Part shown: in pieces, positions 24,101 to 36,319 of the stretch
Position numbering within the stretch: the stretch's first letter is position 1
How the letters are laid out: each line of letters opens with the position of its first letter
Assembly: GCF_964194025.1 (NCBI RefSeq)
Contig: NC_134477.1
Span: forward strand, 37,324,001-37,388,000
Direction: 5' to 3'
Source: Convolutriloba macropyga
Taxonomy: Eukaryota
DNA length: 64,000 bases
The notes under the pieces: model-generated
What the model saw: only the letters and a program-made list of their open reading frames with translations
What the model was told of the DNA's origin: nothing
Databases searched by the model: none
Translations under genes and position numbers: made by a program

Positions 24101-27100
24101 AGCTTGGCAAAGTAAGACGTGTTTGTAATGCCGCATCAAAGTACAAAGAAGTATGCCTAAACGACAAGCTACTAACAGGACCTGATCTGCTACATGGCTT
24201 GATTGTAACAATATTCAGATTTCGCGAAAGACCAATAGCCCTGACAGCTGACATCGAATCGATGTTTCTACAAGTGCAAGTTCCCGAACAGGATAGAAGT
24301 TGCTTGAGGTTCTTATGGCGTCCAAGGACTAATGAAGCCGTTCAGATATACGAATATCAGCGTCATGTATTTGGAGCTAAGAGTTCTCCAACTTGTGCAA
24401 ACTACGCTCTCAAGCGAGTGGGACTGGACAACCAAGAAGAGTATCCAATTGCAGAAAAGGCAATACAAAACAACTTGTACATGGACGATTTCATCAAATC
24501 AGTAGAAACCCCAGAAGAAGCAATCGAGGTCTTCAATCAACTACAACCTCTTCTCTCACAACATGGATTTGCACTGAAGAAGTGGATAAGCAACAACGAT
24601 GCAGTCACCGAAGCAATCCCAGAAGACTTGAAGTCAATTAGCAACACGAAGCAAGTCGAGGTGGAACCCAATACGTAGGGATCCTCAGTGCTAGGACTAC
24701 AATGGACTGTTACTGATGATAGTCTTCAAGTGTGCCGAGGTACGAACAAAGAAATTGAAACACCTATAACTCAAACACCTGAAACACCTATAAGATTCTG
24801 TCACTGGTATCTTCAGTATTCGACCCGATCGGATTGTTTGCTACGTTCAGTGTTCACATGAGACGACTTCTGAAAGGCATCTGGACTAAGAATGGACAAC
24901 ATTGGGACAAAGCAGTGGAACCTGGTGAGGAAGAAGAATTCCTGAGATGGAAAGAGCAACTTCCAATCGTAGCTGAAACAAGCATCAATAGAAGATACTT
25001 CAACAGAGAGAGGCACAAAACCGAACTTCATGTGTTTGCTGACGCATCTGAAGACACGATGTGTGCAGTGGCCTATCTACGTTCACAACCAATAGAATAC
25101 TCAGCTGACTTAGCATTCGTCATTGGAAAATGCAGAGTGACACCGATGAGGCATCTTTCAATACCACGATTGGAATTGCAAGCTGCAGTCATGGCAGTGA
25201 GGTTGAAGGAACAGATAGTCAAGGAACACGAAATGAAGATAAATAGTTGCAGCTTTTGGTCAGACTCAACTACAGTATTGCAGTGGATACATAGTTCCCA
25301 TCGTAAACAACAAGTGTTTGTGGCCAATGGAGTGGCTGAGATACTGGATACAACTGATGTTTCACAATGGAAACATGTGAGCGGTATCAACAACCCAGCG
25401 GACATTGGCACCAGAGCAAAAAACATTGAGGAACTCAAGAGAAGTGAGTGGGTCACTGGGCCGGCCTGGTTGAAGCGACCAGAAAGTGAGTGGCCAGAGC
25501 AAGTGAACCTAATCTTTGCAACAGGTGAAGAGAATATACCCTCATCAGTCTTCATGATACAGGCTGAAGAAAAGAAAGCTGTTATTCAGTGGGAACGATT
25601 CAGTAACTTTAACAGACTAGTAAACACAGTGGCATACGTACAGCGAGCATTGAGCAAATACAAACCAGCAACAATTGTAGTCAGCATTGAAGAAAGAGAA
25701 AAAGCAAAAGCAACAATCTTCAAGTTACTACAGCGAGAACAGTTTGGTGAAGAGATGAAATCTCTCAAAGCTGAAAAGGAAATTCCAAAGGGCAGCAAAA
25801 TCCTACAATTCTCACCCTTCCTAGATGAAAAAGGACTTATTCGAGCCAAAGACAGAATAGGCAAAAGTCGGTTGGATTTCAATGCAAAGCATCCAATATT
25901 GCTACATTGGAAACATCATGCGGTTGAATTATTCTTACGAAACGAGCACAAGGACAATCAACACGAGGGCACTGAGCATGTAAGAAACATTGTCCAGCAG
26001 AAGACATGGATCCTAGGCATACGGAACGCCTTAAGATCAATCAAGAACAAGTGCGTTACCTGCAGAAAAGGCAGAGCGCAAACGATAGCACCAGTAATGG
26101 CAGATATACCCGAGGAGCGATTAGATGCTTCAACAGCTTTAACAAATGTTGGAGTGGACTACTTTGGCACTTTCACTGTGAAGATTGGGCGAAGAAACGA
26201 AAAGCGATGGTGTTGTCTTTTCACTTGTCTGACTATGAGAGCGATGCATATAGAAGTGGTACCCAAGTTGGACACAGATAGTTGTCTCAATGCAATTACG
26301 AGATTTATTGCACGAAGAGGCAAACCAAGTACGATCATCAGCGACAACGGGACAAACTTTGTTGGAGCTGAAAGAGAATTTGTAGAGTACGTTGCGGCAT
26401 GGAACAAAGGAGGGATCGAAAAAGGAGGGAGGTTCAACGCACCCGCAGCACCACACTTTGGAGGAGTATGGGAGCGGTTGGTTAGAAGTTGCAAGAAAGC
26501 AATGTATGCAGTGTTGGGGAACAGATCAGTCACCGAGGACGCTCTTTCAACAACGATGTGTATTGTTGAGCAGACATTGAACGCAAGACTTTTGACTCCA
26601 GTCAGTTCTGATGTTAATGACGTGGAAGCATTGACCCCCAATCACTTCTTGCTTGGCAACAAGAACGTTTGCTTACACTATCTACCATGTTCAGAAGACT
26701 TTGTCGATCATCGAAAGCTCTTTCGACAAACTCAATCCTATGCAAATCTCATATGGGACAGATTTCGTAAAGAATATCTGCTAACTCTGAATAATCGACA
26801 AAAATGGCGATCTACGGCGAACGAAATCCTTAAAGAAGGCGATCTCGTTTGGTTGATCGAAGACAGCAATAAGCGTGGATATTACAATCTAGGTCGAGTT
26901 ACGGAGACCATCGATGGGTCTGACGGTGTGATTCGATCAGCGTTAGTCCGAACGAACGACGGAGTGTACAAGAGACCAGTAGTGAAGCTCGCCCCAGTAT
27001 TGCCTGGAAAAGATGTTTTCGCGACGGAAAACAGGGCCGGCGATGTTGAGGCTGAGCTTAATAACTCATTAACCAAATTGAATAGCGCTTCAAGGCCATT

Positions 27101-27122
27101 TCAAGCATTAAAGCTAGAATAG
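21167..27122 (+). pseudogene. BEL/Pao gag-pol polyprotein with stops and frameshifts
   Basis: Gag FDGNPLEWPEW, three Cys/His knuckles, protease YAFLDSGS, RT WYLPHHPV/ADIESMFLQV/YMDD, RNase H LHVFADAS/SIPRLEL, integrase HH-CC, VDYFG, SDNGTNF, GGVWERLV; stops at 23038, 24025, 24676; start approximate; ORF ends inside the 3' LTR. Confidence 0.95.
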
Positions 27123-28289
27123 CATGACAAGCGAAATTTAATGCTACATTCTATCAAAGCCATACGGATATGTTCATTTTGTTCAACAATTATATTCAGT
27201 AACTATTATTAGTGCGCAATCGTCATACATGAAGTGAAACTCAAACTCGAACTACCTCAACCACCAGCCAAACAATACTACGACTTGACAGTATTGCATC
27301 AGATTCTTTGCGATTGGATTGCGAATCAACCTGTTATTGATACAGAATATTCGCCAAAACTTCTACACGGTTAGCAAATTTCCCATGACATCAAATTTAC
27401 ACTGAAAAAGTGACGTTATGGAAAAGTGTTCACATTCTGTCGACATTATTATCTACAACCAATCAACAGTTGAATTTGACATGTAAATCCACGTGACTAG
27501 CAGCATAAAAGGAGCTTGAAAAACTACCAAAAATCAGTTGAAACTGGTTGTTTTGGTTATATTAAACTGACATACAGTGCGTATTGAAGCACACTTTCTT
27601 GAGCGGTAAATTACTTGTTATCGTGTCTTGTTTCTGTAGATCATTTTAGTGATTGTACAGCTTTAACTTAACTTTGACTTGTTGAAAAGAGAATTAACTT
27701 TGATATTCTGAAAATTTTCTTTCTGAGGAACGAAGTTCCTAAGTAAGAGAAACTTTGTGCAAAGCATAAAGTCAGTTTCTCTTACTGGCTTTAAAGAAGC
27801 CTACTCTAGTTTGATATTGGTTGTTACTGAAACCAATAGAGAGACTTGTTAACTTTGAATTTAGAAAAATTATTCTTATTATCAAATTTGCAAATGGTAA
27901 AACTGCCCGTTTAACAACTGTCAACTGCAGCAGGTTGAAACTTTGCATAATTATAGCCAGGTTATAGGGCTACAATTTGTAGGAACGGGAATTCCTAAAT
28001 TCGGTTTATAGATTGAGTTATTAACAAAACCTCAACAAAATTTCGATTGTTTCAATTTGAATTATTTGTTGTTCAGAGAGAAACAATTTTGTTATTCAGC
28101 AAAGCTGAGCAATTAGTTATCAGGAGTAATAGAGCAACAAGTAATGCAACGGCATTCTACAGTATAGCGGATAATACAGTTCACAAAGGTTAACTGCAAA
28201 AACAAAATATCCGGACAGATTTGAAACCGCTGAAACGAACTGGGCGGTGTAAAGTTTTCCTTGACTTTGATAGGAGAGCAGCCGTTACA
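27044..28289 (+). repeat. 3' LTR (1246 bp)
   Basis: Follows purine-rich GGAAAACAGGGCCGGCGA; ends CCGTTACA before the TSD. Confidence 0.95.
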
Positions 28290-28781
28290 CAGCTCACAAA
28301 GTGCAATTGCAGAATTTCATTGAGGAAAAAACAGTGGTTTTTTAACGTTGATAATCAATGAGCCGTTGCTAGCGACTTCAAGCGTTATGTAACTAGAGCT
28401 AGCCCCCCCGGGAATCGCGAGCGCTAGCACAAGCCGGAATAATTTTACTGGAAAATTCTGCAGTTGACGTTGTAACCCCAATAAAAGTGGTCACAAAAAT
28501 GTGTGCGTCTCACTAGCAACTGTTGAGCGATATGATGCCTGTAGCAGAGTTTTGACGCCTGTTTTGAAAAACATGAACGTCGACTCAGCAAGGCCAAGAC
28601 GGCCTTCGACATAATGAAAAGACAAGGTGACCGGAAAAAGTCCAAAGCTTATTCGTGAATTTAATGATGTGGTAAGACATTATTTCTCTTAAAAACCCTC
28701 CCAATGATTATTGGCAGGCTTTAGATATTGACCAGCTATGTGAAAATACTAATTTGGAAAGCTTTGAGTTTCTGATTGACA

Positions 28782-29300
28782 GGTAGCCCGGCTTGAGGAG
28801 GCGCATAGAATCAAAGCAGCTGGATTCGAAAGTGTAGACAACTCTCCTCATCTGCTACAACAGTATCCAGTAGTCTGTTTTACATTTGGAAGTTGATACC
28901 ATGAAGAAACTGGAGGCCAAAGACCACCCGTCGCAACTTGGAAGATCGCTCCGACAAGATCTGTTTGGAGAAGATTGGTTGGCTAATGACATGATCGACG
29001 CCAAATTTTCAAGGAAAGGTGAAGCTCATTCAGACCTCAAGAAGATTTTTCGGTATATTTCTTAAACTTTCGTTTTCCTTTTGCATCAAGCAGAATAGTT
29101 ATTGGTCCAATTTGCCCGTGGAAAAGATATCAAGATCTGCTCAAGTCAACATGAATTTAGAAGCCAAAAGTTTGCAAGCCCATGATCATAGTTATTGGTC
29201 ATAACATTTGATTTAAATTTGTTAATAGACGTTCATAAAAAGTACCATTTAACGCCCAGATTGGCTTACCGCAAGGTGAGCGATGCAAGCAAACCAAGCA
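28782..29300 (+). pseudogene. Spliced gene remnant with a BEN-domain-like segment
   Basis: Intron GTAAGA(28672)...GACAG(28781); MKKLEAKDHPSQLGRSLRQDLFGEDWLANDMI...DLKKIFR (28901-29052) and DVHKKYHLTPRLAYRKVSDA (~29228-29290). Confidence 0.35.
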
Positions 29301-29919
29301 TGACAAGACAGGAAATCCTATCTGCGCAAACAATAACTCCCATCATTTGAAGAGTCTAGTGACAATGAACTTGAACACGAATCTTGAACTTAAAGATATT
29401 CATTCCTTCTGAGAATTTGAACCCTTTAAATTTTAGTTCCCTCTCAGATGTTGTCCTTACTTGTTGAATACTTAATGTTTGCAGTTGTATGCTGATTTTT
29501 AAATTTCGTTTGCTTGAGTTTGATTCATTTCAATGAGCGCAGTTTATGTTAAAGGCAGTTAGAGTTTTTGATAAATTTTTATCACGATCTCAATTTTTTG
29601 GTAGTTGTTTTTGATTGATTCATTTTTTGCTTGTTCGATATTAGCGTTAGTTTACAATTTACATGCTAATGTTTTGAAAGCTGAGTTGATAGTTTTTCTT
29701 CAATCGGTCTTTCGAATTTCCAATTTTTTTGTTGTATCTTGGACAAGCTTCCTTAGAAATTGAAGTCAGTTTGCCCAACAAAATATTGAAAGCGAAGAGA
29801 TTACTATATTTTTCCGTTGAACGGAATTAACAGAGCTTTCAGCTCAAGCACAGGAGCTCTTGTCAATAGAGTTTCCTTCGGAGTACGAGCAATGTCCAAA
29901 GTTATTAACAAAATTATGA

Positions 29920-30388
29920 AGGAAAGAATTTCTTGAAGCTGAACGCGGCTCGAATAAAAAGTCTCAACAGCTCTTAGGCGATCTTCGTGATGCATACCAA
30001 GCTGCGTCTTCCGAATGTTTAAATATAGAACCTGATAACTTCGGCGGATTTTGTTTACGAAACAGAACAGACAAAGTCATAAGACCTGGTGAGATTCCTA
30101 ATTCTGTGGGCCTGGTTGCGAAGTATTCGAAAAAAGCTGTGAACGAGAGTTGGTCCGTCCAGCAGGTTGAAAAGTTTCTCGTTGGTCTAGCCCGATGGGC
30201 GAACCATTCTTGTAGATCTAATTGCGTCTACTACATGAAAGGTGGATATCGTGGTCCAGACCCACAGTCTGACCCAGAGAATGTGTCAGACTGCGGGCTC
30301 TCAATCCTATTTATCAAGGCGAAGAGATAACAACTTTTTATAGCGACTTCTTTGGTGACAGCAATTGCAATTGTTTGTGCAAATGTTG
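29920..30388 (+). pseudogene. SET-domain lysine methyltransferase, Suv4-20/Set9 (KMT5B/C)-like
   Basis: GGFCLRNRTDKVIRPGE...WSV...FLVGLARWANHSCRSNC, then after a ~20-bp frameshifting insertion RECVRLRALNPIYQGEEITTFYSDFFGDSNCNCLCKC (SET signature plus post-SET Cys). Confidence 0.85.
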
Positions 30389-30389
30389 A

Positions 30390-30990
30390 TTTGCATGGTA
30401 CAAAATCTGAAGCTCATTCTACTCACAAGAAACCGAACTCCTCGGCCTCAGATAATCAACTGCGCATCGGTCTCAAATGAGCTTCAGACTTCTATGATGA
30501 AAGTTCAAACCAAAGAAATTTTGCTAGATGTAGCAATTGAAAATCAGTTTGATACGGACCTTCCCAATGTCTATGATAAAAATGAGTCCAGTGAAAGCTC
30601 TAGTTCTGAAGAGGGCGAGCATATTGTTAAGGAAAACCAGATAAGAACAATTCTGATAGCCCATACACGCAAAAATACCCTGGAAGATCTTCAAATTGCG
30701 TTTTTTAATGGTGATGTAAAAATAATCGATGCAGCTCCTGTCTCGGCAAGCAATTTAGCTGCGTCCCTAATCTCCATTGTAGCTCAGAATAATAATGGCT
30801 CCGATTATTTGCTAAACGCATTACTGAAAAGAGATCGAGTCTTAATCGGTAAAGACGCGGTGTCACATGGAGCACTAAAGCAAAAAACTGATGTCTGAAG
30901 CTGCTCATTATAAGTTTTCTCCACATGAAGTAGAAAAAGGCGAACTAATACATCTCAATATCAGAACTCTCTTACAGGAAATTGTTAAAT
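30390..30990 (+). pseudogene. Acidic linker plus possible CACTA/CMC transposase N-terminal segment, truncated
   Basis: ESSESSSSEEGE linker; SASNLAASLISIVAQ..SDYLLNALLKRDR; GELIHLNIRTLLQEIVK; no catalytic DDE core present. Confidence 0.3.
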
Positions 30991-31719
30991 GACGGACGAA
31001 GTACTTGTGGACGACAGGAGGCAAGAAGCAGGAGTTAGTGGGGCGACCAAACGCCTTAGTCCGTAAGCTAACAGAATCCTTGGCAAGGAAGCACAACGAG
31101 GAAACCAACAAAAGTGATGACAATCCCACATTCTAAATAAGTACGCATAATCAACTCAAATGACAGGAGTACTAATTAAAACTCGCTTTAATGGAGCTAA
31201 ACTTCAAAAACTCAGTTAGTCGTGCTAAACAAAAAAATTATTGCCGACCGTTACATGAAATCCTGAGGTGCTAGATTTGAAATTTTGGAAATCATTTAAA
31301 AATTTACTGCAAACCCGGAAAATGATATAGATATTATGTATACTTACATATGCTTACTTTTACTGCATTTAAGAACTAAGCCACCTATACAATCACTATA
31401 GTTTAGTCCTGAAGTTATCAGGCTCGTTATCGGCAAAGCAATAGTGGACGGTCTGTTCATTGATCAAATGCTCCTTAGCAAAAAACGCAGCTTTGCACGG
31501 GACAAAATTGCGGAATCAAACATGCTATACACGAAATGAGAGCAAGTTTCACGCGACCAGAAAGAAGCTACACTTCCAATTGATACGAAAAATGCAATCA
31601 ACAATCTGAATAGAAAATTAGGTCTTGAGAACTTCCGCAGAATTTTCCCCCTCCATCTTCCACGCTATTCATAATTCATATGCCCTACCCAGCTACTTGC
31701 ACGTGAGTGGAAATGGCTA

Positions 31720-32500
31720 TAGTAGGAGTGTACTACTCGAGGTGGTCTGCTGGCGGTTCCACTCAACGTCAAAGGTAAGTGAACCTAAAGCGTTAATTGA
31801 TGACCCTTATAAGCTTCGAGATATCTTATTTTACCATCTAACTGAGGTTTACTAAGCTCAGTACATATTTTTCATGATATCATTGCTATCTGCGCCTGTG
31901 TCTACTGGCATTTTCAATTATTTATTCAGATATATTCCCAAGTCGTAGACATGCTAAAGATTATTTCTTCAGTATAAAAGTTATTTTTTCAAAAAACTTA
32001 TTTTGTTTATTGTATCTACCTGAATTTGGTTGGGATTTGCTTCAAACAATTTTGAGAACTGTCCCACCTTTTCTCGGGTGTTGCATATTTACTTAGCGCT
32101 GGACAGTTTCTACTAGAATGTGACTCACCTCCATGATGCTGTTTCCAACTACTTTATTCACTTTAAATGGCTTTTTGCTTTACGAACAGCTTGCAAAAGC
32201 CATTGCTAGACTTCTGAGCTGTAAACTCTCCGTCATTTCATTAACCGACATTGCTGGTTTTGTAATACAGTCCAGTATTCAAAATTTTGCTTCAGGGTCC
32301 CTCTATCCTTTGGTTTCACAACTCCTCAGGATCCCTCAATTTGCTTCAGGGTCCCTCAACCCTTTGTTTTCACAACTCCCCTTCAGGGTTGACCGCTTTT
32401 TGAGTGTTTTGAAGATACAATAACGTACTTCTTCTCTGAGACGTGATAAGAAATCATCGTCTGACCCCCTTACACTTCGTATTACGGACAGATATTTAGC
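31720..32500 (-). mobile_element. Gypsy-type gag/protease remnant, copy 1
   Basis: Minus strand KMPVDTGADS (aspartic protease, ~31885-31915), IxTELSKPQL; gag-like GLRDPEAKF..LDCITKPAMSVNE. Confidence 0.7.
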
Positions 32501-32679
32501 CTTTTCGGCCGTTACTTCTCTATCTTTCTCTCCCTCTCTCTCTCGCTCTTTCGCACAAAATTTCATTCACACCTACACTTAACTCACCTCTCTCTCTCTC
32601 TCTCTCGCTTCTTGCACTGTTGATAATAAAAACATGGCCCCTCATTTGCTTACCCGAACGCTCCGAAAAGCCAGCTGAT

Positions 32680-33065
32680 TACAAAAACACATCTGAAAGA
32701 GCAAATGAACTGTTTCAGAACACCAAGGTTGAAGTCACAGATGGCACACTTGTTCTAAGCTCGGTTCGTGCATCAGATGAAGCGGGCTCCAACTGGATCG
32801 ACCAATACGAAACGATATAACCGCAATTTACACAAAAGTGGAATCTCAAATATCCAAAAAACTATTTGCATCAATTACTGGAAATCAACTCACCATCGAA
32901 GAGAGAACTTATTTCATTACCACTGCGCTTATTCAACTGCCGAGTGATTTTTCTCGTGGTCAATTCAAATATAAGACTGCCTGAACAAAGAAGATCGGAG
33001 TCAAATTAAATCAGGGCATCAAAAGAGAAAACATCAGAAATCGGTTGTCTGAAAACCCGAAAAGA
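32680..33065 (+). mobile_element. CRE-clade LINE fragment, copy 1
   Basis: Homologous to 38830-39215 (TDGTLVL..., FASITG..LT..ERT). Confidence 0.65.
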
Positions 33066-33445
33066 ATTCAGAAAGAAGCGACCAGAAAGAAGCTCCACTT
33101 CTAATTGATGCGAAAAATGCAATCAACAATCTGAATACAAAGTTAACTCTTGAGAACTTCCGCAGAATTTTCCCCTCCATCTTCCACGCTATTCATAATT
33201 CATATGCCCTACCCAGCTCCTTGCACGTGAGTTGAACAAAATTGCTATAGAAGGAGTGCACTACGAGTTTTTCCGCTGGCGGTTCCATTCAACGTCAAAA
33301 GTAAGTGATGAAGCAGGTGATCCTAAGTGATGAAGTAAGTGATCCTAAAGCGTTAATTGATGAGCCTTATAAGCTTCGAGATATCTTATTCTAACATCTA
33401 TTATTATTATAGGTTTACGCACCATTTTTAAACTCAAAAGTGTTT

Positions 33446-36240
33446 TCAAAATCGAAAATAAAATAAAAAAGTTTTCAGTTTTTTGCGATAATCAATTTCA
33501 TGGGGTATTAGTTTCATCTCAAAAGGCAACTTATTCCATTCGAAAGGAACAGCAAAACTGAAGGATCTTCGCCCAAATGCAGTTGTGACATTAGGAACCT
33601 TTAAATTGTACGCATATTGGCATCTAGTCACCCTGTCATTTCTGAAAACTAATGCGCCTTGATACATCGGAATTTTCCACGGATGGTGAACTAAACGGTG
33701 ACCAAAAAAGTAGAATTTTGTAGAGGCTACGTTGTTTCATGGTTAGCCAATGAAGCTCTTTGATATAATTTGCTGTTGGTGAACCAGGTGATAGCCTAAA
33801 AATGAGACATGCTGAGTTCATTATACGCTGTAATTTCTGTATAATATTAACAGGTAGTCCATAGTACAGTGAGTTGCAGTAATCTAGTCGCGAGAGAATC
33901 ATTACCCGAACTAATTCGATCAACGACTTTCTGTCGACTGTATCTCTGATGGAACAAATTTTTCGCAGGAAATAATAACATCTCCGGCACACGGAACTAA
34001 CTTGTTTCGCATATGAAAGTCTGGAATCTAAGTTGAAGCCCAATAAAGTTAACATTGTTAGAAAAATTCGCATCCGTTGAAAGTTCAAAATCGCTATTTA
34101 AACTATTCTTTCTACTAACAAACATGCATTCAGTTTTATTCGAGTTTAATCGGAGCTTAGCACCACTGAACCACTTTTGCAGAGTCGTAAGTATCAAATC
34201 AAAAGCCCCCTGATTTATCGAAGAATGGTAAACAAAATAGATAACAGTGTCATCGGCATAAAAATGATAATTGACACCAAGACATTCAAATAGAACTTCC
34301 AGAGGAACAAGATAGCATGAAAAAAGAATGGGGACCTAGAATAGATCCTTGAGAAACATCCGTTTTTATAGTTCTTGGCATCGAATACTCACCATCAATC
34401 AACACATTTTCCGATCTAATACTCAGATAACTATTTAAAAAGCTAAGCACTTTATCTTTGAAACCCAAACCTGTTTCAAGAATTTAAAGAAGTAATTCAT
34501 GATCGAGAGTGTCAAAGGCAGCTGATAGAACAAGTCCAATATAAAAAGTGCTTTTTGTCCTATCTAAATTGAGGAGCAGATCATTTGTAACCTTAACCAG
34601 CGCTGTTTCTGTAGAAAAAATTTCCTGTAGGCACTTTGGCATTTGCTTAAGACACTATTCTTTTCAAGGTGTTCACGCATTTGCATGAAAGCCGCACGTT
34701 CTAATAGTTTTGAAATGTAACTTAGGTTTGAGATAGGTCGATAATTTGAAAGATCCTCTTTGTCAGAATTTGCTTTCTTCAAGTGGGGCTTAACAATGGC
34801 CATTTTAAAGGACTGGGGGAAATATCCCGCCTTCAGCGAAAGCTTAAGAAGTTTTAGGAGGTCGAGAAAATAATAATCTGGAAATGACTTTACAAGATTT
34901 GTCGGAATGATGTCCAGTGGACATGTACTGTTTGACGACGCCGAAATTAAATCTCTAAACTGACTTATCGACAACTCTGTGAACGAATACATTGAGTTAA
35001 CTTCAGTTTTCAGAATTTCAGGACCTATCGCAGTCGGAATCGATGCAATAATACTCTCCACTTTAGATATAAAGAACTCGTTGAAGAGCTGTTCTACATC
35101 TTGACCAAGAAGCAATTTTAATGTGGCAAACTTTTTACGGCTACAATTTTCCATCAACGCATTCTCTATGTACAATCTACGCTTCTCTAGGAATTTTTCA
35201 AAACACATATGGGTAACATTTTCATATTCAGATTTCAGTATAGATGTTTTCGACTTTCTGTATTTACGCTCTGCTTTTCTCTTCTTTCGTTTCAATCTCA
35301 AAAGCTCGTCGTCAAAGAATGGGCATTAATGCTTAGTAAATGTCTTTATTTTGAGTGGTAGAAAGGAATCCAAAATATTCTCCTCAAACCTTAGATACAT
35401 ATCCCATGCTTCATCAATACTTGAGGCAACATCTAACTTTGAGCACGACTTCAATAACTTAATAAAACCATCAGGGTGAAACTTCTTCCAATTTCTATAC
35501 ATCAAACGTTGTTAAGATTTGCGTTGTTTATAACTGCTGAAACAAATAAACGAGTGGTCCGAAGAAGTAATGAAGCTATTCGATTTAACATTAATTAAAA
35601 TATTGTTTGACGCAATAACATGGTCAAGAATCCCACCACTTCTATGTGTTTTCTCGGAGACGTACTGAGTTAGGCCGAAATCTTCAAAAAATGAGTTCCA
35701 CATTTTTGATGCATGGTTATTTACATTTAGTGATATGTTAAAATCACCTAGCAAAACAATCTTGTCTAATTGTTGCCTTTTCTCTTCAAAAAGAACAGTA
35801 AAGTGATCAACGAAAGATTTAAAATGTAATCCAGGTGGTCGATAAACAGCGATTACTAAATAACTGGTAGCCCCAACGTGATCAATGAAAGATATAAAAT
35901 TTAATCCAGGTGGTCGATAAACAGCGATTACTAAATAACTGGTAGCCCCAACAGTTAAAGAGGCATAACAACATTCAAAAAATGCAGAGGTAAACTTTTC
36001 AAAATTTTCCAAATGGATATCATATCTGTAAAAGAGGCAAATTCCACCTCCTCTTTTATTCACCCTTGGTGCACTATAGAAAAGAAACCCCGGGGACAAC
36101 ACTGCTTTAGAATAAAATTGTCATCTGAGTTGTTCGTAATCCACGATTCTATAAATACTCCCAAACTAATATTTACTTCCAAGAGGGCATTTACATCTTT
36201 CGTTTTGTTCCTGATAGATCGTACATTATGTAGACAAATG
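33446..36240 (-). pseudogene. LINE ORF2 (APE endonuclease + reverse transcriptase), fragmented
   Basis: ORFs 35512..36102, 34564..35301, 34286..34468, 33997..34197, 33636..34088, 33446..33667 are collinear parts of one ORF2. Confidence 0.92.
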
Positions 36241-36319
36241 TTTAGTTCTGTAGATCTTTGTTTCTTCGATCATTGTTTTAATGGAGGACTTACTAGTCAA
36301 TTTTGAACCACTTTTTTTA

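Larger units (their letters stand above)
19992..28289 (+). mobile_element. BEL/Pao LTR retrotransposon, full length, inactivated
   Basis: TG...CA LTRs, 5-bp TSD CAGCT (19987-19991, 28290-28294), PBS, gag-PR-RT-RNaseH-IN order with BEL-type motifs. Confidence 0.97.
31553..33077. repeat. ~1.5-kb segmental duplication, copy 1 (copy 2 = 33078-33400 + 37957-39215)
   Basis: GCGACCAGAAAGAAGCT at 31553 and 33078; collinear continuation after the LINE. Confidence 0.9.

Noticed and set aside
20942-27076. Antisense and alternate-frame ORFs inside the BEL element
   Set aside because: Shadows of gag-pol; no env-like ORF, since integrase runs directly into the 3' LTR
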